From assembly GCF_003367075.2 (NCBI RefSeq), contig NZ_CP065936.1:240001-272000 (forward strand): a DNA stretch of 32,000 nt. Direction: 5' to 3'. The translations under genes and the position numbers were made by a program. The notes under the pieces are model-generated. The model worked only from the letters and a program-made list of their open reading frames with translations, was not told where the DNA came from and did no database searches. Below, piece after piece: positions 9,723 through 22,607 of this stretch. The stretch's first letter is position 1, and every line of letters starts with the position of its first letter. This DNA comes from Cylindrospermopsis raciborskii Cr2010. Its GTDB lineage: Bacteria > Cyanobacteriota > Cyanobacteriia > Cyanobacteriales > Nostocaceae.

Positions 9723-9959
9723 ATGTTAAACTTCAAAGGTATGGTGGATGACCTGTTGACTCCTATCCAAGCTGAAGCTGCTGCTGATATCAATGGAGGC
9801 GCGGAAATGATTGATAAAACCGTTGAAGAAGGCGCGGTACTGTTCAATCGTGATAGATATTTGCAAGCGTTGGGGGTAGCTTATTTAGCACCTCCAGGAA
9901 TTGGTGAAATAACCAGTAAAGAAGCCTTATTAGCACAGTACGAAGGTTGGAGAAGCTAG
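9723..9959 (+). CDS. Small hypothetical protein (78 aa) with a GG motif near residue 25
   Basis: ORF preceded by GGAG (ggagaaaatcggATG); MLNFKGMVDDLLTPIQAEAAADINGGAEMIDKTVEEGAVLFNRDRYLQALGVAYLAPPG... Confidence 0.65.
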   Translation: MLNFKGMVDDLLTPIQAEAAADINGGAEMIDKTVEEGAVLFNRDRYLQALGVAYLAPPGIGEITSKEALLAQYEGWRS

Positions 9960-10055
9960 TCGATTAGGGTCTTCGCCTTGTTGAGTCCTGAGTTTTTCGT
10001 TCCTAACTTGATAATTAACATTCATATTGCTCTTAGTCCAATTGCTTAACCTATA

Positions 10056-10093
10056 GACCCTGAAACTACAAAAGTGGTTCCAGGGTCTATTTA
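10056..10093. terminator. Bidirectional terminator between the 78-aa ORF and the GH3 gene
   Basis: TAGACCCTG ... CAGGGTCTA followed by TTTATT; 9-bp stem in a convergent gap. Confidence 0.7.
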
Positions 10094-10094
10094 T

Positions 10095-11183
10095 TCAATT
10101 AAGATCAAAACAACAGTTGATAGCAAGTTCTGCATGGTCAACTAATATCTGTTTTTCTAGGGGAAAAACCTCATATTGGGGGGTTTTAGTTAATAGTTGG
10201 GCAATTCTGTTATGGGAGTTTTCTATTACCGATGGGGTTAGAGAACCATTGTGCAAACAAGAAATGAAATTTTCAGCTATTTTATAGGTTTTTTCAATGG
10301 ATGAAGAGCTTATATTGCGAGAAACTAAAAATAAATCACACCCAGCATTAAAAGCGCGTGCTACTGTTTCAGGATAAACAAACATATCTGCAACCGCTTT
10401 CATATCTAAGTCATCGGAAACCACTACTCCAGAAAAATTCAATTCCTGTCTTAAAATCTGATGAAGAATAGTAGTTGATATTGTAGCTGGGAGATCCGGG
10501 TCAATTTGTGGAAACAGTATGTGCGCTGTCATCATCAGTGGTATTTGTTCCTGAATAAGAATTTCAAAAGGTATTAACTCTCGATTCTTTAAATCTTCTA
10601 AACTCAAATTCAAGATTGGTAACTCCAGATGAGAGTCTTGACTAGTATCTCCATGACCAGGAAAATGTTTAGCACAACCAAGAATACCGGATTCCTTGAG
10701 TCCACGATAGTACTCTTTAGCGTTTTCTCCAGCCAAGTCAGCAGTTTGACCAAAAGCACGTAAACCAATCACAGGGTTTTGAGGATTAGAAAAAACATCC
10801 GCCACGGGAGCAAAAGAAAGGTTGATCCCTAAAGATCTCAATTCTAATCCAGTGGCTTTTGCTACTTGATATGCTCGAGATCTAACTAAATGAGCAACGG
10901 GGAACCGCGTGATAGGTAATGGCGTTCTAATTACCTTTCCACCCTCATGGTCTAGGGCTGTAAATAGTAATTCTCGCTCAGTATATTCACGAATATCAAT
11001 AAGTAGTTTTTTGAACTCTTCTAACCAAATGGGATAGGGTGTACCATCGAGAAAGTTTTTGGCGAAAAAAATCACACCAACGGGTTTTAAATCGCTTAGT
11101 ACCCGTTTGTCATCATCCGTGAGAGTTGTACCGGAAACTCCGAGAATTAAATGATTACCAAATTGCTGTAGATGTTGGGACAT
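10095..11183 (-). CDS. Glycoside hydrolase family 3 N-terminal protein (beta-N-acetylhexosaminidase / NagZ-like)
   Basis: GVIFFAKNF..., DHEGGKVIRTP, and KHFPGHGDTSQDSHLELP, the NagZ-type catalytic signature. Confidence 0.88.
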   Translation of the reverse strand: MSQHLQQFGNHLILGVSGTTLTDDDKRVLSDLKPVGVIFFAKNFLDGTPYPIWLEEFKKLLIDIREYTERELLFTALDHEGGKVIRTPLPITRFPVAHLVRSRAYQVAKATGLELRSLGINLSFAPVADVFSNPQNPVIGLRAFGQTADLAGENAKEYYRGLKESGILGCAKHFPGHGDTSQDSHLELPILNLSLEDLKNRELIPFEILIQEQIPLMMTAHILFPQIDPDLPATISTTILHQILRQELNFSGVVVSDDLDMKAVADMFVYPETVARAFNAGCDLFLVSRNISSSSIEKTYKIAENFISCLHNGSLTPSVIENSHNRIAQLLTKTPQYEVFPLEKQILVDHAELAINCCFDLN

Positions 11184-11305
11184 GGATTGCTAAAAACATG
11201 GGGATGCAACGGGACTTTTTCCCCAAGCCAGGTTAAATGTAACAGAATGCAAAGTATAATGAAAACGTCAAAACAATTAAGAAATATTGAAAACAGTAGG
11301 GTTAA

Positions 11306-13634
<2,329 letters not shown>

Positions 13635-13733
13635 CATTTACTAACAATTGGAATGGGACAAGTATGACGGTGAGAATAACTTCCTGTTAAACTGATTGCA
13701 TGCCCATTCCCTAATTTGCTGGTCTAAGCTGGT

Positions 13734-16067
13734 TTAGTTTATTTTCTGCAGTTGTGCTACCTTGGGATCGATAATTTTTTGACCCAAACTGGTAAATTTA
13801 ATTGCCAGGGATATTTTTTCATCACTGCCAAAAACATGAGTAATTACACCTTTGCCAAAAGCTTTGTGCAGTACTTGTTCACCAACACGCCAGTTGTTAG
13901 TTTCTCCAGAAGTTTCTGGCGTGATTGTTGTGGATTTAGTAGACCTAGCAGCACGGATTTTTGACTTAGTGGTTAATAGGTGCTGGGGTAGTTCTCCCAG
14001 AAATTGTGATGGTAATGCTGGTTCTCTAGAGCCATATAACCTTCTTTCTCTGGCATGGGACAGGTACAATCGCTCTTGGGTACGGGTGATTCCCACATAA
14101 CATAATCTTCTTTCTTCTTCTAAAGCTTTAGGATCTTGTAGAGAACGATAACCGGGAAATAGTCCCTGCTCTAAACCAACTAAAAACACTATGGGGAACT
14201 CCAACCCCTTAGAAGCGTGCAAGGTCATCAGAGAAACCACATCCCTGGTTTCGCTTAAATCGTCTAAATCTGAACTTAATGCTGCACTTTGCAAAAATGC
14301 TTGTAAAGAAATATCACTGCCCTTGTTTTCGTCTTGGAACTGGGATACAGCATTATATAGTTCCTTAACATTACTGATTCTATTATCAGCTTCATCTGTT
14401 CCCTGGTCCATTAAATCCCGGAGGTACCCAGAATCTTCCAGAATTCCTTCCAAGACTTCTGATGCAGGAACTTGAGTAGTTTGCCATTTTTTAATCATGC
14501 TAGTAAAACTAGTTACAGATTTTGCCGCACGTCCGGTCAAGGTGTTTACAGAAGTTTCATCACTCAATATCTCCCACAGGGTAGTACCCAATTGTTGGGA
14601 AGCATTAATCAAAACGTCTATAGTACACTTGCCGATACCTCGTCGAGGAGTATTAATGACCCTTAATAAACTTACTGTATCTGCGGGATTATTAATTGCT
14701 CTTAAATAGGCAATAACATCTTTGATTTCCTTTCGGTCATAAAACTTCATGCCTCCCACCACGGTGTAGGGGATTTGATATTTTACCAGCAGTTCCTCAA
14801 AGGGTCGAGATTGGGCATTAGTGCGATAGAGAATGGCAAAACTTCCCCAATTAATATCAGGGTTATTAGTTGTTAAATTCCGAATTTGATTGATAACAAA
14901 ATCTGCTTCAGCGACTTCATCATCGGCTTTATGAAAATAAATAGACTCGCCCACATCTCGCGTAGGTTTGAGGATTTTATCAATGCGTTCGGTATTATTT
15001 TCAATCAGTTCATTAGCAGCTTGCAGAATATTTTCACAGGAGCGATAGTTTTCCTCTAGTTTCACCATAGTCCTGGTGTCATCATCATCTAAACCATCTC
15101 CAAAATCCTGTTGAAACTCCAATAGAATGGTAAAATCAGCCATCCTAAAACTATAAATTGACTGGTCTGCATCACCAACCACAAACACGGAACGATTGTC
15201 CCAATTCCATTGGTTTTTGCGACATTCACCATTCGTAACTAATAAACGTAGTAGTTCATATTGAGTCCGATTGGTGTCCTGATATTCATCTACTAAAATA
15301 TGACGGAACTTGTTATGCCAATAGCCCAAAACTTGCTCATTTTGCCCAAATAGTCTAGTGGGAACTAGAATTAAGTCATCAAAATCCAAACTGTTATTGG
15401 CCGCTAATTGATCTTGATAAAGGTTATAAACTTCCCCAATTACTCGACCACGATAGTTAGGTTGTTGCTCTTCAAATTCTCGTGGTGATAAACCTTGGTT
15501 TTTAGCATTACTAATGGCATACCTAACGGATTTAGGGTCGAACTTTTTACTGTCTAGGTTAAGTTGTTTTGTGACAATTTCTTTAATTAAAGTTTGTACA
15601 TCAGATTCATCAAAGATAGAAAAGTTCTTCTGCCAGTGTCGACCCTTTTCGTCTTGATATTTTTCAACATCAAACCTCAAAATCCGGGAAAATAAACTAT
15701 GGAAGGTTCCACACCAGATGTTTTTAATGTAGGTACGGTAAACACTGGATATGACCTCGCTTTGTTGTTGTGCGGGCAATAAATCTAATTTCTGACCATA
15801 TTGATTTATGGCAAATTGATCCGCGAATAATCTTTGGATCCGGTCTTTCATTTCCCTTGCAGCTTTATTGGTGAAAGTTACTGCTAAAATGTTTTCGGGG
15901 TGCACACGGTTTTGTAAAATTAAATTAGCAATCCTATAGGTTAGAGCGCGGGTTTTACCTGAACCTGCACCAGCAACAACTAGTAAGGGACCGCAATAAT
16001 GCTCAACTGCTATACGCTGGCTAAAGTTGAGCTGACTAGTAAAGTCATTATTTGTGTTTATATGCAT
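13734..16067 (-). CDS. pcrA: UvrD/PcrA-type superfamily 1A DNA helicase
   Basis: 777 aa; LNFSQRIAVEHYCGPLLVVAGAGSGKTRALTYRIANLI, AVTFTNKAAREMKDRI, VDEYQDTN, VVGDADQSIYSFR, LMTLHASKGLEFPIVFLVGLEQGLFP. Confidence 0.93.
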   Translation of the reverse strand: MHINTNNDFTSQLNFSQRIAVEHYCGPLLVVAGAGSGKTRALTYRIANLILQNRVHPENILAVTFTNKAAREMKDRIQRLFADQFAINQYGQKLDLLPAQQQSEVISSVYRTYIKNIWCGTFHSLFSRILRFDVEKYQDEKGRHWQKNFSIFDESDVQTLIKEIVTKQLNLDSKKFDPKSVRYAISNAKNQGLSPREFEEQQPNYRGRVIGEVYNLYQDQLAANNSLDFDDLILVPTRLFGQNEQVLGYWHNKFRHILVDEYQDTNRTQYELLRLLVTNGECRKNQWNWDNRSVFVVGDADQSIYSFRMADFTILLEFQQDFGDGLDDDDTRTMVKLEENYRSCENILQAANELIENNTERIDKILKPTRDVGESIYFHKADDEVAEADFVINQIRNLTTNNPDINWGSFAILYRTNAQSRPFEELLVKYQIPYTVVGGMKFYDRKEIKDVIAYLRAINNPADTVSLLRVINTPRRGIGKCTIDVLINASQQLGTTLWEILSDETSVNTLTGRAAKSVTSFTSMIKKWQTTQVPASEVLEGILEDSGYLRDLMDQGTDEADNRISNVKELYNAVSQFQDENKGSDISLQAFLQSAALSSDLDDLSETRDVVSLMTLHASKGLEFPIVFLVGLEQGLFPGYRSLQDPKALEEERRLCYVGITRTQERLYLSHARERRLYGSREPALPSQFLGELPQHLLTTKSKIRAARSTKSTTITPETSGETNNWRVGEQVLHKAFGKGVITHVFGSDEKISLAIKFTSLGQKIIDPKVAQLQKIN

Positions 16068-16262
16068 ATTTGTTAGTTTACTAAGAATTAAGTTTTACTA
16101 GTTAGACAAGTCTAGTTTGATTGAAAACCTTGTGATTAAGTCCAGCTGCAAAAAGCAGAACTATGTTTAACCGTCACCTTTGAAATAACTATGAGTAGAT
16201 CTTAATCCATTGCCTAATCAACGATATTGTTGTCATAATTATACGAATTAGCAAACCCAAAT

Positions 16263-16709
16263 TTGAAAGTTATGGAAGTCGAAATGCAAGAACCACAATA
16301 CACAGAAACCAAAACCAAGGAAACTCCTATTCCAGATCTTAGTACTCAAACGGGGACTATAACTAAACTCCAATCCCCGCCCAAATCTCAGGAACAGTGG
16401 CTTAAATACGGTCAGGAGGTTTCTAACTTTTTAGGGACGCTGCCAGAATATCTAGTTGGGTTGCTTGACAAGTATAAACAACCACTTCTTACCCTGGGAT
16501 TAATCGTGACTGCTGGAGTAACTGTTAAGGTCATACTGGCTGTGCTAGATTCCTTAAATGATATTCCTTTGGTAGCTCCCACTTTTGAGCTAATTGGCAT
16601 TGGCTACTCTGGTTGGTTTGTGTATCGCTATTTACTCAAAGCTTCTACCAGAGAGGAACTCACAAGTGAAATTGACACTTTAAAATCACAAGTTTTTGGG
16701 CAAGACTAA
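16263..16709 (+). CDS. CAAD-domain / CURT1-like thylakoid membrane protein
   Basis: YLVGLLDKYKQPLLTLGLIVTAGVTVKVILAVLDSLNDIPLVAPTFELIGIGYSGWFVYRYLLKASTREEL matches the CAAD domain pattern, with two TM helices. Confidence 0.88.
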   Translation: MKVMEVEMQEPQYTETKTKETPIPDLSTQTGTITKLQSPPKSQEQWLKYGQEVSNFLGTLPEYLVGLLDKYKQPLLTLGLIVTAGVTVKVILAVLDSLNDIPLVAPTFELIGIGYSGWFVYRYLLKASTREELTSEIDTLKSQVFGQD

Positions 16710-16904
16710 CCATTAGAAAACGCATTTAAATGCTTGCTGCACAAATTGCATTAGAAGTTTTGCGGCAAAGTATTGCAAAAGCCCATATAACAGTAGCTGG
16801 GTATGTAGGAGTGGTATATGAGCTTATCATTAAGTACCACTTCTACATAATAAATGTCAAGTCCCTAAGTTTGGTCGGTTTAATATAGATTTTTAAGACC
16901 TAGG

Positions 16905-18194
16905 CTAAAGCACCCGTAAAATGCTAGGGATGCTATCTATGGCTTCCATGGTGTGGATTTCCTCTAAGGATTGTCTGAAATCCCCTTCTTTGACATCGTG
17001 GGTAACAACAACAATTTCTGCCATTTCCCCCTGAAAACCAGTTTGCACCACAGATTCTAAACTTACTTGGTATTTACCAAAGCAAGTCCCCAATTTACCA
17101 ATGACCCCTGGGTGGTCTTTAGTCAGAAATCGAGCATAAAACCGGGTAACTAGTTGGGATATGGGGGCTATGTGACAATACTCCTTATGTCTACAGGATA
17201 AGAGTGGATTAGCTTGAGCAGTATTAGTCTTGATTGTTGCTACTAGATTTAAGATATCTGAACAAACTGCACTCCCCGTCGGACCAGCACCCGCTCCCGG
17301 ACCGAAAAACATCACTTGACCTATGGGTTCCCCCTCCACTAAAATCGCATTGTAAACACCATTGATACTAGCTAGGGGGTGGGTTTGAGAAACTAGGGTA
17401 GGGTGAACTCTCACTGACAACTGGGATTTGTCATCTGTTTGATTTTTGGCAATGGCTAGCAGTTTAATCACAAATCCTAATTTGCCAGCGTAGATAATGT
17501 CTGTTTTCGTGACTTGACGAATCCCTTCACAATAAACATCTTGTAAGTTAATTCTCTCTCCAAACCCCAATGAAGCTAAAATAGCAATCTTATCCCCAGC
17601 GTCTAAACCATCAATGTCAGCAGTTGGATCCGCTTCCGCATATCCCAGTTTTTGTGCATCAGCTAGGACTTCTTCTAGTTCACTCCCTTCCGTCTGCATC
17701 CTCGTGAGAATGTAATTGGTAGTGCCATTCACAATACCAATAATACTATGAACCTTGTTAACACTTAAAGACTGCTTTAAGGTTTTAATTACGGGAATGC
17801 CACCAGCTACAGCAGCTTCAAACATAACATATACACCAGCAGCATTGGCAGCATTAAATATTTCTTCTCCAAATCGTGAAATAACAGCTTTGTTTGCTGT
17901 TACTACATGTTTACCATTTTTAATAGCCTCCAGAATAAGCGATCGCGCGGGTTCCAATCCACCCATCAGCTCAACAATGATATCTATCTGAGGGTCATTG
18001 ACAATAGCTGATAAATCCCCACTGAGGATTTCTTGGGGTAAGGTCACTGGGCGTGATTTGTCTGGCGATCGCACACCTATACGACATATTTCCACTTCCT
18101 GTAACAGTGGGTGACGACCTTGCAAGTCCTGTAACAGTTGTACAGTTCCAGTTCCCACCGTACCCAATCCTAAGATTCCTAATTTTACACCCAC
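16905..18194 (-). CDS. hom: Homoserine dehydrogenase
   Basis: 429 aa; LGLGTVGTGTVQLL, VTANKAVI, GIVNGTTNYILTRM, GYAEADPTADIDGLDAGDKIAILASL, and a C-terminal ACT-like region (PGVIGKLGTCFGKYQVS). Confidence 0.96.
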   Translation of the reverse strand: MGVKLGILGLGTVGTGTVQLLQDLQGRHPLLQEVEICRIGVRSPDKSRPVTLPQEILSGDLSAIVNDPQIDIIVELMGGLEPARSLILEAIKNGKHVVTANKAVISRFGEEIFNAANAAGVYVMFEAAVAGGIPVIKTLKQSLSVNKVHSIIGIVNGTTNYILTRMQTEGSELEEVLADAQKLGYAEADPTADIDGLDAGDKIAILASLGFGERINLQDVYCEGIRQVTKTDIIYAGKLGFVIKLLAIAKNQTDDKSQLSVRVHPTLVSQTHPLASINGVYNAILVEGEPIGQVMFFGPGAGAGPTGSAVCSDILNLVATIKTNTAQANPLLSCRHKEYCHIAPISQLVTRFYARFLTKDHPGVIGKLGTCFGKYQVSLESVVQTGFQGEMAEIVVVTHDVKEGDFRQSLEEIHTMEAIDSIPSILRVL

Positions 18195-18235
18195 GGATTT
18201 GGCATCCTATTATATACAAAACACACATAAAACAA

Positions 18236-18264
18236 TTGTAGGTGGGATGGAACCCCACCTACAA
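18236..18264. repeat. Perfect 11-bp inverted repeat in the petH-hom intergenic region
   Basis: TTGTAGGTGGG-ATGGAAC-CCCACCTACAA, located 3' of petH and 5' of hom, both on the minus strand. Confidence 0.8.
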
Positions 18265-18303
18265 ACTTGCAGACAAAAATTGAGAAACAAAGTCAAGAGT
18301 AGA

Positions 18304-19737
<1,434 letters not shown>

Positions 19738-20303
19738 TTATCAGCTATTAGTTTTTTTACTGTCGCTTAATAATACATAAACTAGATAATTGTTAAATTT
19801 GCCAGTTTGTGTATTGCTGTGCTTAGTAACTAATAACTGCTAACTGACACAATGCTACAACAAGAGGTATCGGTTAAGGTGAACCAAGAAGTTAAAGAAC
19901 ATACCAGCGTATCTTTTAAGATAGATGATGTGTCCTTGAAAGAATGTTAGTCGTAAAGCAATTTAATTAAATCTTCTTAGTTGTTATTTTTTAGTAAATT
20001 TCGGCTATTGTATAGCTCTAGCCATCTGGCGATCCCCATGACTAAAATGTTTGCCAAGAAGTACCAGATATATGTTCAAATATGATTAGTACACTGATTT
20101 AGCAACTTTAACAGCCAATTTGATTACAAAATAGGTTTTTTTCATTTTTTTGTTTATCGCGGGGGGTGGATCAATAGTCTGATATGCTTTTTTTGTGACG
20201 GTAGTGATATTACCTCCCAGGTAAACAAACTCCTAACTGCAAAAATCTGTTGTGAGAAAAAATATTTTGTTTAGTCATTTCAATTAGTATTGAGAGGAGA
20301 TTT

Positions 20304-21308
20304 ATGACAGGTAAACCGGAAAGGGTAGTATTAATTGGAGTAGCAGGGGACTCAGGATGCGGCAAATCTACGTTTTTGCGCCGTTTGATTGACCTGTTCG
20401 GTGAAGATTTTATGACAGTGATCTGTTTAGATGACTATCACTGCTTAGACCGCAAACAACGTAAAGAAACTGGTATTACTGCCTTAGATCCTAGAGCTAA
20501 TAACTTCGATCTCATGTATGAGCAAATTAAAGCTCTGAAAGAAGGCTATGCTGTTGATAAACCAATTTACAACCATGAGACCGGCATGATTGATCCGCCG
20601 GAACGAATTAAACCTAATCACATTATTGTGGTTGAAGGTTTGCATCCTTTATATGATGAAAGAGTGCGCTCCCTTTTAGATTTCAGTGTTTATTTTGATA
20701 TCAGCGATGAGGTAAAAATTGCCTGGAAGATTCAGAGAGACATGGCAGAGCGTGGTCATAGATATGAAGATGTTTTAGCTCAAATTAACTCTCGCAAGCC
20801 CGACTTTGATAAGTTCATTGAGCCTCAAAGAGAATTTGCCGATGTAGTTTTACAGGTGTTGCCTACAAACTTAATCAAAAACGACACTGAGCGCAAGGTT
20901 CTGCGGGTAAGAATGCTGCAAAAAGAGGGTAAAGAGGGATTTGCACCGGTTTACCTATTTGATGAAGGTTCAACCATCCAATGGACTCCTTGTGGAAGGA
21001 AGTTAACCTGTTCCTATCCTGGCATGCAAATGTACTACGGTTCTGATGTTTATTATGGTCGCTATGTTTCTGTTTTGGAAGTAGATGGCCAGTTTGATAA
21101 TTTAGATGAAGTAATCTATGTGGAAAAACATCTGAGCAATACATCCACTAAATACATTGGTGAAATGACCCACTTGTTGTTGCAGCATCGTGAATATCCT
21201 GGTTCTAATAATGGCACTGGTTTATTCCAAGTCTTAACCGGGTTAAAAATGCGCTCTGTTTACGAAATTTTGACAGCTAAGGAAGCAAAATTAGCAGTGA
21301 AAGCCTAA
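20304..21308 (+). CDS. prk: Phosphoribulokinase
   Basis: 334 aa; VVLIGVAGDSGCGKSTFLRRL, CLDDYHCLDRKQRKETGITALDPRANNFDLMYEQ, VVEGLHPLYDERVR, C-terminus as in cyanobacterial PRK. Confidence 0.98.
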   Translation: MTGKPERVVLIGVAGDSGCGKSTFLRRLIDLFGEDFMTVICLDDYHCLDRKQRKETGITALDPRANNFDLMYEQIKALKEGYAVDKPIYNHETGMIDPPERIKPNHIIVVEGLHPLYDERVRSLLDFSVYFDISDEVKIAWKIQRDMAERGHRYEDVLAQINSRKPDFDKFIEPQREFADVVLQVLPTNLIKNDTERKVLRVRMLQKEGKEGFAPVYLFDEGSTIQWTPCGRKLTCSYPGMQMYYGSDVYYGRYVSVLEVDGQFDNLDEVIYVEKHLSNTSTKYIGEMTHLLLQHREYPGSNNGTGLFQVLTGLKMRSVYEILTAKEAKLAVKA

Positions 21309-21401
21309 ATTTTGCCATGTTGGTAAACTCAAAAGGGGAACATCTACCGGGTGAACCCCTTTTTCATATCTAGTAATTAATGTAATTAATAAGTAAAAGT
21401 T

Positions 21402-22607
21402 ATGACTAATATAAACTCTAATAAGCACAAAAAGTCAAAAGCACTGAAACCTGGTAGTCGTCGTCCAGCTAAGGAACTTTGTAGCGAATGTGGACTGTGT
21501 GACACTTACTATATCCACTATGTTAAAGAAGCTTGTGCTTTTATAACTCAAAGAATAGAGGAGTTAGAAGTAAATACTCATCAGCGTTGTCGAGATCTAG
21601 ATAAAGAAAATGAGCTTTACTTTGGTGTACATCAAGAGATGATGGCAGCTCGGAAACAATTACCTATCGTTGGTGCCCAATGGACAGGAATTGTGAGTAC
21701 CATAGCTATAGAAATGTTAAATCGTGGTTTAGTAGAAGGGGTTGTCTGCGTGCAGAATAGCCAAGAAGATCGCTTTCAACCCATGCCCATTATTGCGCGC
21801 ACTCCTGAAGCCATACTAGCTGCTAAGGTCAATAAACCTACCCTTTCACCCAATCTCTCGGTTTTAGAGGAAATTGAGCAATCAGGGATGAAAAAGCTAT
21901 TGGTTATTGGAGTAGGTTGTCAAATTCAAGCCTTGCGTGCAGTAGAAAAACAACTGGGACTGGAAAAACTCTATGTTCTGGGTACACCATGTGTGGATAA
22001 TGTTACTAGAGCCGGACTGCAAAAATTTTTAGAAACTACTAGTCGTTCTCCTGGAACGGTTGTTAGTTACGAGTTTATGCAGGACTTTCGTGTACATTTT
22101 AAACATGAAGACGGGTCGGAAGAAAAAGTGCCCTTCTTCGGTTTAAAAACCAACATCCTCAAGGATATATTTGCCCCGTCCTGTATGAGTTGCTTTGATT
22201 ATGTTAACTCCCTAGCAGATCTAGTGGTGGGGTATATGGGTGCACCCTATCCCTGGCAATGGATAGTTGTTAGAAATGATACAGGCAAGCAAATGTTAGA
22301 TCTGGTGAAGGAACAACTAGAAATTCAACCAGTCATGTCTCAAGGTAACCGTCAACCTGCTGTACAGCAGGGAATAAAAGCCTACGATGACGCAGTGACA
22401 TTGCCGATGTGGGTAGCCCAATTAATGGGAATCGTGATAGATAGAATTGGGCCCAAAGGTTTAGAATACGGAAAGTTTTCCATAGATTCTCACTTTGCCA
22501 GAAATTATTTATACGTCAAGCGCCATCATCCTCAAAAACTAGAAGCCCACGTCCCCGAGTTTGCTAAACGGATTGTAGCCCAGTATAATTTACCAGAAAC
22601 TGACTAA
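21402..22607 (+). CDS. bciB: Coenzyme F420 hydrogenase/dehydrogenase beta-subunit family protein; likely ferredoxin-dependent divinyl (proto)chlorophyllide 8-vinyl reductase (BciB/Slr1923-like)
   Basis: CSECGLCDTYYIHYVKEACAFI, GTPCVDNVTR, FAPSCMSCFDYVNSLADLVVGYMGAP: Fe-S/flavin signatures of the FrhB/BciB family. Confidence 0.85.
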   Translation: MTNINSNKHKKSKALKPGSRRPAKELCSECGLCDTYYIHYVKEACAFITQRIEELEVNTHQRCRDLDKENELYFGVHQEMMAARKQLPIVGAQWTGIVSTIAIEMLNRGLVEGVVCVQNSQEDRFQPMPIIARTPEAILAAKVNKPTLSPNLSVLEEIEQSGMKKLLVIGVGCQIQALRAVEKQLGLEKLYVLGTPCVDNVTRAGLQKFLETTSRSPGTVVSYEFMQDFRVHFKHEDGSEEKVPFFGLKTNILKDIFAPSCMSCFDYVNSLADLVVGYMGAPYPWQWIVVRNDTGKQMLDLVKEQLEIQPVMSQGNRQPAVQQGIKAYDDAVTLPMWVAQLMGIVIDRIGPKGLEYGKFSIDSHFARNYLYVKRHHPQKLEAHVPEFAKRIVAQYNLPETD

